Assembly (NCBI GenBank): GCA_965214705.1
Contig: OZ243972.1
Coordinates: 3,552,001 to 3,616,000, forward strand
Direction: 5' to 3'
Length of the DNA stretch: 64,000 nt
Source: Alphaproteobacteria bacterium
GTDB taxonomy: Bacteria; Pseudomonadota; Alphaproteobacteria; UBA828
The first letter of the stretch is position 1. Every line of letters begins with the position of its first letter. The translations under genes and the position numbers were made by a program. The notes under the pieces are model-generated. The model did not search any database. It worked only from the letters and a program-made list of their open reading frames with translations, and was not told where the DNA came from. Below, in pieces: positions 23,219 to 32,358 of the stretch.

Positions 23219-24010
23219 TCAGTCGCCGACTGAGATGGTCGCGTCCATGTAAAGCACCGCGCGGCCCGCAATCGACACACGCGCGCCCCGATCCTCGCAC
23301 ACCATTCGCCCGCCGCGGGCAGAGAGCTGGCGCACGGCGAGTCGTTGCTTGCCGAGCCGGCTCGCCCAATAGGGCACCAGTGCCGTCTGCACGTTGCCGG
23401 TGACCGGGTCCTCGGGCACGGCGTTCTTGGGCGCGAAGAAGCGCAGCACGTAGTCAACGTCGCCCTCGTCTCCCGGTGCGGTCGCCACGACCCCGCGCCG
23501 GTCCAAGGCTGTCAGCCCGGCGTGATCGGGGCTGAGCGCCGCCACCTGAGCAGCGTTCTCGAACACCGCGATCCAGTCCGCGCCGGCGAGCACTTCGGCG
23601 GGCGTTGCGCCGAGTGCCCGCGCCAGCACCGCCGGGGGAGTCGCCGGGCCCGCAGGCTGGGCCGGAAAGTCCATGACCAGCGCCTCGCCGTCGCGCGCGA
23701 CCGTGAGCCTGCCGCTCAATGTCTCGAACGCGACGCTGTCCGTGCCCGGCTTGAGCTCTTCGAACACGACAAAGGTGGCGGCGAGGGTGGCGTGGCCACA
23801 GAGATCGACCTCGACGTTGGGCGTGAACCAGCGCAGGCGATAGCCCTCGCCCTCCGGCACCAGAAACGCGGTCTCCGACAGGTTGTTCTCGGCCGCGATG
23901 GCCTGCATCGTCGCCTCGTCCAGCCAAGCGTCGAGGGGGCAGACCGCCGCCGGATTGCCGCCCAGCACCCGGTCGGTAAAGGTGTCGACCTGCAGCAATC
24001 TGATGGTCAT
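23219..24010 (-). CDS. PhzF family isomerase/epimerase
   Basis: QVDTF..GNPAAV, NLSETAF, EVDLCGHATLA, EDPVTG. Confidence 0.92.
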   Translation of the reverse strand: MTIRLLQVDTFTDRVLGGNPAAVCPLDAWLDEATMQAIAAENNLSETAFLVPEGEGYRLRWFTPNVEVDLCGHATLAATFVVFEELKPGTDSVAFETLSGRLTVARDGEALVMDFPAQPAGPATPPAVLARALGATPAEVLAGADWIAVFENAAQVAALSPDHAGLTALDRRGVVATAPGDEGDVDYVLRFFAPKNAVPEDPVTGNVQTALVPYWASRLGKQRLAVRQLSARGGRMVCEDRGARVSIAGRAVLYMDATISVGD

Positions 24011-24019
24011 CCACGCCTC

Positions 24020-24961
24020 CTATTCACCTGCGCGACGTTTGGACCAGGTAAGCACCCCAAGACCCGCGAGCAGGAGGGCAGCCGCGACCCACGCCCAGCC
24101 GCTCAGCCGCTCGCCGAAAATCACCGCTCCCCAGCCCGGCCCCGTCAGCACGATGATATAGCCGAACTGGGAGAGGAAGAGCGGGCCGCTGCGCCTGAGG
24201 ATTTCGAATATGAGATACCAGACAACGGCGGTGATCACTGTCGCACCCAGGATCGCGAGATCGCCGGCAAGCATCGGGCCGGGGAAGAGGTAGGTCTCGC
24301 CCATGCCGATCATCACCGGGACGAGCACGATGGCAGCGCCGAGCTGGATGCCGCAGGCCAGCGAGAGCGAGTGCGCCTTTGGCGGCCAGAGCAGCGTGCC
24401 TGCGATGTTGAACGCGGCGAAGCAAACCGGCGCGAGCAAGGCCAGCAGCAGCCAGCTTGCCTCCGCAAAGCTCGGCACTGTGATGCCCGGCAGCACCAGG
24501 ATGACAACGCCCACGAGGCCGAGGGCCACGCCCACGGTGCTGAGCAGCCGGAAGCGCTCCATCCTGAGCGTCATTGCCATCAGGTAGGTGCAGGTCGGCG
24601 AGAGGCAGGTGACCATGACCACGAGGCTCGCCGGCAGCTTGGGCGCCACATGGGCGAGAATCGACACCGGGATCGAAACGCCGACTGCGCCGCAGACCGC
24701 ATAGAAGCGCAGATGCGCCACGCTGAAGCCCACGGGCGTGCGGGTCGCGAGGCAGCCGAGCCAGAGGATGAGCCCGGCACCGAGGGTATGCCAGAAGACG
24801 TAGGCCAGCCCCGGCACGCCATTGGTCGTCGCGACCTTGTTGATCGAGAAGAGCAGGCCGTAGAGCGCGCCCGCGATCAGCAGGTAGACGACCGCGAGTA
24901 CGCCGACCCGGGGCGCCGTTGCCGCGGCGGCGCTCGGCCGCGCTTCGCCCGCGTCGGTCAT
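24020..24961 (-). CDS. DMT/EamA family transporter
   Basis: About ten hydrophobic helices in two repeats; LRMER and FGERLS motifs. Confidence 0.85.
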   Translation of the reverse strand: MTDAGEARPSAAAATAPRVGVLAVVYLLIAGALYGLLFSINKVATTNGVPGLAYVFWHTLGAGLILWLGCLATRTPVGFSVAHLRFYAVCGAVGVSIPVSILAHVAPKLPASLVVMVTCLSPTCTYLMAMTLRMERFRLLSTVGVALGLVGVVILVLPGITVPSFAEASWLLLALLAPVCFAAFNIAGTLLWPPKAHSLSLACGIQLGAAIVLVPVMIGMGETYLFPGPMLAGDLAILGATVITAVVWYLIFEILRRSGPLFLSQFGYIIVLTGPGWGAVIFGERLSGWAWVAAALLLAGLGVLTWSKRRAGE

Positions 24962-25047
24962 GGTCTCGGTAACGGTGTGCCGGTGCGCTGCTACGCGCTA
25001 CGGTCCAGCCGCTGGCCCCGGCCGGTGCGAATCGTCGGCGTCGGCCG

Positions 25048-25530
25048 CTACCACTTCGCGTGCTTGTAGCGTTCGGCCCAGTCCACGCCCTGCCAGGTCA
25101 TCTGCGAATCGGGCTTCAAGAAGATGAGCCAGCGGGGCTCGACCAGCGTCGGTTCCAGGTACTTCGGTCCGTTCTCGCCCAGATAGCGCAGCGACATCTC
25201 GGTCGCGACCTCGACCCACTTGCCGCCGGTGTTGGGCTCCTCGACGATCTCGGCCCTTCCCTTGGCCATCACCTTCTGCATCGTCTCCCAGATATCGACG
25301 CAGATGTGGACTCGCGGGTCCCGCTGGATGTGCTTGGCCCAGACTGAGCGCGCGCGGGGGACGACGTAGTAGCCGCCGTCGCGGTACTGGTACCAGAGTG
25401 GCACGATGTAGGGCCAACCTTCCTCGTCGAGGCAGGCGAGCCGGCAGAGGTGGGGCCCCTTGAGGAATTCGTCGACCTCTTCGTCGGTCATACCGCCGAC
25501 TTTGCCGCGCCACGAGTCGTCATCCGCCAT
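25048..25530 (-). CDS. Pyridoxamine 5'-phosphate oxidase-like split-barrel protein (possibly F420-binding)
   Basis: EEVDEFL....CRLACLDEEGWPYIVPLWY, HIQRDPRV; divergent from the F420 genes. Confidence 0.78.
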   Translation of the reverse strand: MADDDSWRGKVGGMTDEEVDEFLKGPHLCRLACLDEEGWPYIVPLWYQYRDGGYYVVPRARSVWAKHIQRDPRVHICVDIWETMQKVMAKGRAEIVEEPNTGGKWVEVATEMSLRYLGENGPKYLEPTLVEPRWLIFLKPDSQMTWQGVDWAERYKHAKW

Positions 25531-25665
25531 CTTGTCTCTCCCTTATCCGGCTGGTACGCGGCCACTCCGCCGAGGCCCGACGATGCCGCACTGACGGCAC
25601 ATGATAACATGGTATGCCGCGGCCGCGCCGGCCGCGCGCGCAACCGTGAGCGAGGGAGGCCCTGA

Positions 25666-26529
25666 ATGCAGCTTGGCGTCGTTTTTCCACAGACCGAGAT
25701 CGGCAACGATCCCGCGGTCGTTCGCGACTATGGGCAGGCGGCCGAGGCGCTGGGCTACGAGCACGTCCTCGCCTTCGACCACGTGCTCGGCGGCAATGCG
25801 GCCACGCACGATCTCAGGGGCCCCTACAAGCACACCGACGCATTCCATGAACCCTTCGTGCTGTTCGGCTTCCTCGCCGCAGTTACCCAACTCGAATTCG
25901 TGACCGGCATCATCATCCTGCCGCAGCGTCAGACCGCGCTGGTCGCCAAGCAGGCGGCGGCGCTCGACGTGCTCTGCGAAGGGAGACTCAGGCTCGGCGT
26001 GGCGATCGGTTGGAACCACGTGGAATACGAAGCCCTCGGCATGGACTTCGGGGATCGCGCGCGGCGCATCGAGGAGCAGATCGAGGTCATGCGCCTGCTC
26101 TGGACCAACGAGCTCATCACCTACGAGGGGCAGGACCACCGCATCACCGATGCCGGGCTGAACCCGCTCCCGGTCCAGCAGCCCATCCCCATCTGGTTCG
26201 GCGGCCACGCGGATGCAGTGCTGAGGCGCACCGCCCGGCTTGGCGACGGCTGGTTCCCACTCTTCGCGCCGGACGACGAGGGCGCGGCCGAGGTCGAGAA
26301 GTTCCGGGGCTACATTCGCGAAGCCGGACGCGACCTGGCGGCGGTCGGGATCGAGACTTGGCTCGATGTGCTGGACAAGACGCCCGAGCAGTGGCGGGCG
26401 CACGCAGCGGGCTGGAAGAAGCTCGGTGCCACACACTATTCGGTCAACACGATGAACTCGGGCCTCTCCTCGCCAAGAGCCCACATCGAGGCCATCGAGC
26501 GGATCAAGACGGCACTCGCGGACATCTGA
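25666..26529 (+). CDS. LLM-class putative F420-dependent oxidoreductase (Rv2161c-like)
   Basis: AEALGY, FDHVLG, HEPF, ILPQRQTALVAKQAA, GRLRLGVAIGWN, PIWFGG; operonic with cofE/cofD. Confidence 0.88.
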   Translation: MQLGVVFPQTEIGNDPAVVRDYGQAAEALGYEHVLAFDHVLGGNAATHDLRGPYKHTDAFHEPFVLFGFLAAVTQLEFVTGIIILPQRQTALVAKQAAALDVLCEGRLRLGVAIGWNHVEYEALGMDFGDRARRIEEQIEVMRLLWTNELITYEGQDHRITDAGLNPLPVQQPIPIWFGGHADAVLRRTARLGDGWFPLFAPDDEGAAEVEKFRGYIREAGRDLAAVGIETWLDVLDKTPEQWRAHAAGWKKLGATHYSVNTMNSGLSSPRAHIEAIERIKTALADI

Positions 26530-26550
26530 ACCCGGCGGCGCTGTAGCGGC

Positions 26551-27009
26551 ATGGACGAGGGCAGGGCGGCCGTCCTCGGGGAGGACGAGCGCGCTTTCCT
26601 GGAGGCGCAGCGGGTGGCGTATCTCGCGACGGCGGATGGGGCGGGCCTCCCCAATGCCGGTCCCGTGTGCTTCGCCCTTGTTGGCGCCTCCGTCTATATG
26701 ACGATCGATCGAAAGCCCAAGAGCGGGAGGCCGCTGAAGCGCCTCCGCAACATTGCGGAGAACCCGAACGTCGTGCTGACCGCCGATCACTATGACGATG
26801 ACGACTGGTCCCGGCTGCGCTGGGTCATGGTGCGCGGCCGTGCGGAGATACTGGAGAGCGGTGCCGAGCACGACGAGGCGCAGGCGCTTCTCCGCGCCAA
26901 GTATCCGCAGTACCGCAAGATGGACCTGGCGCCGCTCCCCGTGATCGCGATCAGGATCGAGCGGGTCACGAGTTGGAGCGCCGCCGGCGGAGGTAACGCG
27001 TCGCGATGA
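26551..27009 (+). CDS. PPOX-class putative F420-dependent enzyme (Rv0121-like)
   Basis: RVAYLATAD, IDRKPK, LKRLRNIAENP, DHYDDDDWSRLRWV, LLRAKYPQY. Confidence 0.85.
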   Translation: MDEGRAAVLGEDERAFLEAQRVAYLATADGAGLPNAGPVCFALVGASVYMTIDRKPKSGRPLKRLRNIAENPNVVLTADHYDDDDWSRLRWVMVRGRAEILESGAEHDEAQALLRAKYPQYRKMDLAPLPVIAIRIERVTSWSAAGGGNASR

Positions 27010-27791
27010 CCGCACGGGCGGCGCGACCCCGCGCGCTCTCCCTCTTCGCGCTGCCGGGCATTCCCATGGTGCAGCCCGGCGACGATCTCGCGGCGTTGAT
27101 CGCAGACGGCTTCACACAAGCCGGTGAGGCCGCGGCCGCCGGCGACGTGCTCGTGGTCGCGCAAAAGATCGTGTCCAAGAGCGAGGGGCGCTACGCCAAT
27201 CTGGCGGAGGTGGAGCCCGGTGCCCAAGCCAGGGAGCTCGCAGCGCTCACGGACAAGGACCCGCGCATGGTCGAGCTCATCTTGAGCGAGTCCCGGCGGG
27301 TGGTGCGCCATCGGCCGGGAGTCATCATCGTCGAGCATCGCCTCGGCTTCGTCATGGCGAACGCCGGCATCGACAACTCCAACGTGGAGCCGGCAGGCGC
27401 GGACGAGCGGGTGCTGCTGCTGCCGCGCGATCCCGACGGCAGCGCGCATCGTTTGCGCGAGGGGTTGCGGGACCGGCTCGGCACGGACTGCGCCGTCATC
27501 GTCAACGACAGCGTTGGCCGGGCCTGGCGCGTGGGCACCGTGGGCCTCGCGCTGGGCGCCGCCGGACTGCCCTCGCTGCTCGACCTCCGGGGGCGCGACG
27601 ATCTCTTCGGCCGGCCGCTCGAAGTGACTCAGGTGGCGCTGGCGGACGAGCTCGCCGCCGCCGCCTCGCTGCTGCAGGGCGAGGCCGACGAGGGCATGCC
27701 CGTGGTGGTGGTGCGCGGGCTTGCCGCCGCCGGGCCAGGCAACGACGGTGCCGCGCTCATTCGCGCCGAGGCCGATGACCTTTTCCGCTGA
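27006..27791 (+). CDS. cofE: Coenzyme F420-0:L-glutamate ligase
   Basis: PGDDL, GDVLVVAQKIVSKSEGR, ANAGIDNSN, DSVGRAWR, ADELAAAA, DLFR. Confidence 0.93.
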   Translation: MTARAARPRALSLFALPGIPMVQPGDDLAALIADGFTQAGEAAAAGDVLVVAQKIVSKSEGRYANLAEVEPGAQARELAALTDKDPRMVELILSESRRVVRHRPGVIIVEHRLGFVMANAGIDNSNVEPAGADERVLLLPRDPDGSAHRLREGLRDRLGTDCAVIVNDSVGRAWRVGTVGLALGAAGLPSLLDLRGRDDLFGRPLEVTQVALADELAAAASLLQGEADEGMPVVVVRGLAAAGPGNDGAALIRAEADDLFR

Positions 27792-28746
27792 TACCAGCTA
27801 CGTCGCGCTCTCCGGCGGGGTGGGCGGCGCCAAGCTCGCGCTCGGGCTCTGCGACGTGCTGGAGGACGCCGGCCGGCTCACGGTCGTCGCCAACACCGGC
27901 GACGACTTCGAACACCTGGGCCTCAGGGTTTGCCCCGACCTCGACACGCTCACCTACACGCTGGCCGGGCTCGCCAACCCGGAGACCGGCTGGGGGCGGG
28001 CAGGGGAGAGTGGCGCCTTCATGGAGGCACTGGACGCGCTCGGCGGCGAGACCTGGTTCTTCCTCGGCGACAAGGACCTGGCCATCCATGTCGAGCGCAC
28101 CCGGCAGCTGCGGGCAGGCGAGAGCCTGAGCGCGGTCACGTCCGACCTGTGCGCGAGGCTCGGCATCGAGGCGCGCATCGTGCCCATGAGCGACGATCCG
28201 GTGCCGACCGTTGTCGAGACGGAGGACGGCCCGCTCGCCTTCCAGCACTATTTCGTGCGAGAGCGGTGTCGGCCGAAGGTGATGGGGTTCCGTCACGAGG
28301 GGGCGGAGCAGGCGCGACCCTCGACCGGGTTCCTCGATGCGCTGGCGGCGCCCGATCTCGGCGCCGTCATCATCTGCCCGTCGAATCCCTACATCAGCAT
28401 CGACCCCATCCTGACGCTGCCGGGCGTGCGCGCGGCACTCGAAGCCTGCCGGGCTCCGGTGATCGCGGTTTCCCCGATCATCGGCGGGCAGGCGGTCAAG
28501 GGGCCGACCGCGAAGATGATGGCGGAGCGTGGCATCGCGCCCAACGCCGCCGCGATCGCTGAGCATTACGCCGGCTTGATCGACGGCTTCGTGCTCGACG
28601 AGGCCGACCGGGACGCGGCGGCCGGGATCGCCGCCACCGGTGTCGCGGTCGAGGTCACGGCCACAATGATGAACGCGCGCGCGGAGAAGCAGGCTCTCGC
28701 CCGCGCCGTGCTCGCGTTCGCTGAGCGGCTCAGCGCGGCGGGCTAA
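27775..28746 (+). CDS. cofD: 2-phospho-L-lactate/phosphoenolpyruvate transferase
   Basis: LSGGVGGAK, NTGDD, CPDLDT, WFFLGDKDLA, FQHYFV, PSNPYISIDPIL, VKGP. Confidence 0.93.
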   Translation: MTFSADTSYVALSGGVGGAKLALGLCDVLEDAGRLTVVANTGDDFEHLGLRVCPDLDTLTYTLAGLANPETGWGRAGESGAFMEALDALGGETWFFLGDKDLAIHVERTRQLRAGESLSAVTSDLCARLGIEARIVPMSDDPVPTVVETEDGPLAFQHYFVRERCRPKVMGFRHEGAEQARPSTGFLDALAAPDLGAVIICPSNPYISIDPILTLPGVRAALEACRAPVIAVSPIIGGQAVKGPTAKMMAERGIAPNAAAIAEHYAGLIDGFVLDEADRDAAAGIAATGVAVEVTATMMNARAEKQALARAVLAFAERLSAAG

Positions 28747-29702
28747 TCGAGCTCCACCGCGTAGGCCGAGGCGGGGAGCGCCTCCGGGATCAAGCCCTGG
28801 GCCTGGAGGAAGACGGCGAAGCGCTCGTAGCGCGCGGTGTCCAGCGCCGCCGGCCGTAACGCGAAGCGCGGCAGCGTGTCGCGCCAGGCGCGCTTGTTGA
28901 GCTCGTCGTCGAGCTCCTCGCGACCGCGCAGGAAGAGCTGCCAGGATTCGTCCGGGTGGTTGATCAGGAACTGCACGCCGCGTTCCAGGGCATCGACGAA
29001 GCCACGAAGCGCGGGGTCGCCTAGCCGGCTGGTATGGGCGACGACGATGAGCTCGTCATAAGGCGGCACGCCCTCTTCCTCGATGTAGAAGGCGCGGCCT
29101 GGATGACCCTCGATGTCCATCTGGTTGAGCTCGAAGTTGCGGTAGGCGCCGATCACGGCATCGACCTGGCCCGAAAGGATCGACGGCGAGAGCGAGAAGT
29201 TGACGTTGACCAGGGTCACGTCCTCGATGCCGAGGCCGTGGCGCTCCAGCATCGCGCCGAGCAGCGCGTCCTCGAAGCCGCCGACCGAGTAGCCGACCGT
29301 GCGCCCCTTGAGATCGGCGATGGACTGGATCGGGCCGTCAGCCAGCACCAGCAGCGTGTTGAGCGGGGTGGCCACCAGCGTCGCGATCCGCACCAGCGGC
29401 AGCCCTTCGGCCACTTGCAGGTGAAGCTGCGGCTGGTAGGAAACCGCGAGGTCCGCCTTCTCGGCGGCGACCAGCTTGGGCGGATCGTTGGGATCGGCCG
29501 GCGCAATCAGCTCGACCTCCAGACCGGCGTCCGCGAAATAGCTCTTCTCAAGCGCCACGTAGAGCGGCGCGTGGTCGGGGTTGACGAACCAGTCGAGCAG
29601 CACGGTCATCTTCTCGGTTGCGGCGGAGGGTTTCGGCGCGATCAGGGCCGCCGCCAGGCACAAGGCGAGCGCCGCCACAAACATCTTGGCCATACTCCGC
29701 AT
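28743..29702 (-). CDS. thiY: ABC substrate-binding protein, NMT1/THI5 (ThiY-like)
   Basis: Signal peptide; LDWFVNPDHAP, SYQP, YRNFE, YDEL; downstream of a TPP riboswitch. Confidence 0.85.
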   Translation of the reverse strand: MRSMAKMFVAALALCLAAALIAPKPSAATEKMTVLLDWFVNPDHAPLYVALEKSYFADAGLEVELIAPADPNDPPKLVAAEKADLAVSYQPQLHLQVAEGLPLVRIATLVATPLNTLLVLADGPIQSIADLKGRTVGYSVGGFEDALLGAMLERHGLGIEDVTLVNVNFSLSPSILSGQVDAVIGAYRNFELNQMDIEGHPGRAFYIEEEGVPPYDELIVVAHTSRLGDPALRGFVDALERGVQFLINHPDESWQLFLRGREELDDELNKRAWRDTLPRFALRPAALDTARYERFAVFLQAQGLIPEALPASAYAVELD

Positions 29703-29725
29703 GTGTCATCCTCCCGGTTGGTAAT

Positions 29726-30466
29726 TCAGGTGTCGGGCTGCCAATGAAGGGCCCGGCGCAGCACGTGGTCGATGATGAAGTAGATCGCCACCGCAAAGAC
29801 CGCGAGGGTGAGCAGCGCGGCGAACATCAGGTCGATCTGCATGCGCGCGTTGGCATGCAGCATGAGGAAGCCGAGGCCCGCGCTGGAGCCGACCCACTCG
29901 CCCACGACGGCGCCGATGGGTGCCACCGCGGCGGCGACACGAACGCCCGAAGCCAAGGCGGGGAGCGCCGCCGGTACCCGGATGCGCCACATGGTCCGCC
30001 ACGGGCTCGCGCCCATGGCGCGGGCGAGGTCGAGCCAGCCCGGCTCGGTACGCCGGAGGCCGTCGAAGAAGTTTGCGGCAACCGGAAAGTAGATAATCAG
30101 CGTCGCCATCGCGACCTTGGACGCGATGCCGTAGCCGAGCCAGAGCACGAGAATCGGCGCGAGCGCGAAGACCGGCACAGCCTGTGACGCCACCAGAACC
30201 GGCAGCAGCCAGAGCCGCGCCGGCCTGACGTAAGTAAGCACCAGGGCGCTGATCACGCCCAGCAGGGTGCCCAGCACGAGTCCGAGCGCGATCTCCAGCA
30301 GCGTGGTCTGGGCGTGGCCCAGGATCAGCCCGACGTGCTCCCACCAGGTCGCGCCGACCCGCGCCGGCCCCGGAAGAATGAAGTGGGGCGTGTCGGCCAG
30401 CCAGACCACCGCCTGCCAGACCAGGACCAGAAGGCCGCAGATCGTCGTCAGCCTGAGGACGCGCAT
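29726..30466 (-). CDS. thiX: ABC permease (ThiX-like)
   Basis: SsuC/TauC-type permease, EAA-like loop LARAMGASPW, VGEW. Confidence 0.85.
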   Translation of the reverse strand: MRVLRLTTICGLLVLVWQAVVWLADTPHFILPGPARVGATWWEHVGLILGHAQTTLLEIALGLVLGTLLGVISALVLTYVRPARLWLLPVLVASQAVPVFALAPILVLWLGYGIASKVAMATLIIYFPVAANFFDGLRRTEPGWLDLARAMGASPWRTMWRIRVPAALPALASGVRVAAAVAPIGAVVGEWVGSSAGLGFLMLHANARMQIDLMFAALLTLAVFAVAIYFIIDHVLRRALHWQPDT

Positions 30467-30481
30467 TCCGTTTCCGGGCCA

Positions 30482-31249
30482 TCAGTGGGGCCGCGGGGCG
30501 GCGCCGGCTTCGTCGGCCGCCGTGAGCCGCTCCAAAAGCTCGGCGTGCAGGGCCTGAAGGGAGCGGTCGCCGGGCCTGCGGGGCGGGGAGCCGTCGGGCG
30601 CGGCCGCATGCTGAAGCGAGGCGGGGCGGCCGGCCATGACGTAGATCCGCTCGCCCAGCCGGAGCGCCTCGAGCGGGTCGTGGGTCACCAGCAGCACCGT
30701 GCGTCCGGCGAGGAGGCCGGCGGCAAGCTCCTGCAAGCGCATCCGCGTGATCGCGTCGAGCGCGGAGAACGGCTCGTCCATGAGCACGATGGGCCGGTCT
30801 TCCATCAATGTGCGGGCGAGTGCCACGCGCTGGCGCATGCCGCCGGAGAGCGTGCGGGGCAGGGCGTCCGCTTCCCCGCCCAGGCCCACGCGCTCCAGCA
30901 TCGCGAACGCCCGCGCCCGATCGGGTTTCTCGCCCCTGAGCCGTGCGCCGAGGGAGACGTTTCCCAGCGTGCTGAGCCAGGGCATGAGCAGGTCCTGCTG
31001 CGCCATGTAGGCGACCGGCGCGCCACCCAGGACGTCCAGGCTGCCGGATTCCAGCCGCTCCAGGCCTGCGATGACCCGGAGTAGGCTCGACTTGCCCACG
31101 CCGCTCGGCCCCAGCAGGCAGGTCCAGCGGCCCCGCTCCAGGTCGAGCTCCAGGCCGTCGAAGAGCAGCGCGCCTTCGAAGCCGAAGCGTGCGCCCTCGA
31201 CCCGGACGGCGTGGTCCGATTCGGATTGTGGGTGTTCTGGTGGGGGCAC
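30482..31249 (-). CDS. thiZ: ABC ATP-binding protein (ThiZ-like)
   Basis: GPSGVGKS, LSGGMRQR, MDEPFSALD, THD. Confidence 0.87.
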   Translation of the reverse strand: MPPPEHPQSESDHAVRVEGARFGFEGALLFDGLELDLERGRWTCLLGPSGVGKSSLLRVIAGLERLESGSLDVLGGAPVAYMAQQDLLMPWLSTLGNVSLGARLRGEKPDRARAFAMLERVGLGGEADALPRTLSGGMRQRVALARTLMEDRPIVLMDEPFSALDAITRMRLQELAAGLLAGRTVLLVTHDPLEALRLGERIYVMAGRPASLQHAAAPDGSPPRRPGDRSLQALHAELLERLTAADEAGAAPRPH

Positions 31250-31251
31250 GT

Positions 31252-31343
31252 CTCGTTTCCTACGCCGGTCCTAACCGGATCAGGTTCAAGGGGTCGTCGG
31301 GTGGGTCCGACCTCTCAGCCGCGTACGGCTCCCCCAGAGCGGT
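31252..31343 (-). ncRNA. TPP (THI-box) riboswitch
   Basis: Minus strand reads GGGGGAGCC...GGCTGAGAGG...GACCCCTTGAACCTGATCCGGTTAGGACCGGCGTAGGAAA, immediately before the ABC ATPase start. Confidence 0.95.
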
Positions 31344-31416
31344 TTCGATTGTGGCGAAGCGGCCGCCGCGTTGCAAGCGCGGTAGAGAGTTTCTTCATTT
31401 CCCTCAATCGCCGGGC

Positions 31417-31486
31417 GCTCGCTCCGCGAGCTTGGCTCCGCGCTTCGCGCGCGGCGCTATCGCGCCGTCCGGGCCTGCCGGCCCGG
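31417..31486. repeat. Intergenic element of four consecutive perfect hairpins
   Basis: GCTCGC-TCC-GCGAGC, CGCGC-TTC-GCGCG, GGCGC-TATC-GCGCC, CCGGGCC-TGCC-GGCCCGG. Confidence 0.55.
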
Positions 31487-31559
31487 TCCCTCTCATGTGC
31501 TACATCTCGACTGTCGCTGGTTTAGGTGCGGCGGTGGAGCCGATTTTTGGGGGCAGGCG

Positions 31560-32327
31560 ATGGAATGGAGCGATACGGGGATCGTGCTCTCCGCCCGCCG
31601 CCACGGTGAGAATGCCGCCGTCGTCTCGCTGCTCACCGAGCATCACGGCCGCCACGCCGGGCTAGTTCACGGCGCGCGCGGACGCCGGGCGCGCGGGCTT
31701 TATCAGCCGGGCAATACGCTCACGGCCCGCTGGCAGGCGCGTCTCGCCGAGCACCTGGGCCGCTACACTTGCGAGCTGGTGCGGGCGCGGGCGAGCCTTC
31801 TGCTGGACGACCCGCCCCGCCTCGCGGCACTTGCCGCCGTCTGTGCGCTGACGGAGGCGACGCTGCCGGAGCGGCTTCCCTATCCGCAGGTCTACGGCGC
31901 CACCGGGCGCCTGCTCGACACGCTGGAGGCAAGCGAGCGCTGGGCCGAGGCGGTGGTGCGTTGGGAGCTTGCGCTGCTCGCCGAGCTCGGCTTCGGTCTC
32001 GACCTTTCGGCCTGTGCGGCGACCGGGGCGGTCGAGGACCTGGCCTATGTGTCCCCGCGTAGCGGGCGGGCGGTGTCGCGTGAGGCTGCCGAGCCCTACG
32101 CGGAGAAGCTGCTCCCGCTGCCGACCTTCCTCGTGCGGCCGGAGGATGACGCCGCAGTCGCCGCCACCGATATTGTCGCCGGGCTCCGGTTAACAGGATG
32201 GTTCTTCGAGAAGCACGTGTTCGGCGGACAGGGGGGGCGTATGCCCGCCGCTCGTGAGCGCTTCATCGACCGCATTCAGGCAAGCACGAAGCCGTCGCCC
32301 GCCGCGCCGATAGAGCAAGACCCTTAA
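31560..32327 (+). CDS. recO: DNA repair protein RecO
   Basis: [52 protein letters not shown]. Confidence 0.94.
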   Translation: MEWSDTGIVLSARRHGENAAVVSLLTEHHGRHAGLVHGARGRRARGLYQPGNTLTARWQARLAEHLGRYTCELVRARASLLLDDPPRLAALAAVCALTEATLPERLPYPQVYGATGRLLDTLEASERWAEAVVRWELALLAELGFGLDLSACAATGAVEDLAYVSPRSGRAVSREAAEPYAEKLLPLPTFLVRPEDDAAVAATDIVAGLRLTGWFFEKHVFGGQGGRMPAARERFIDRIQASTKPSPAAPIEQDP

Positions 32328-32358
32328 CCCTCACGCCGCCTGTGCTATAGCGGCTGTC

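Noticed and set aside
28743-31249. ABC importer as an F420/Fo uptake system because it abuts cofD
   Set aside because: It is convergent with cofD, controlled by a clear TPP riboswitch and has ThiY motifs, so thiamine-precursor uptake is the simpler explanation
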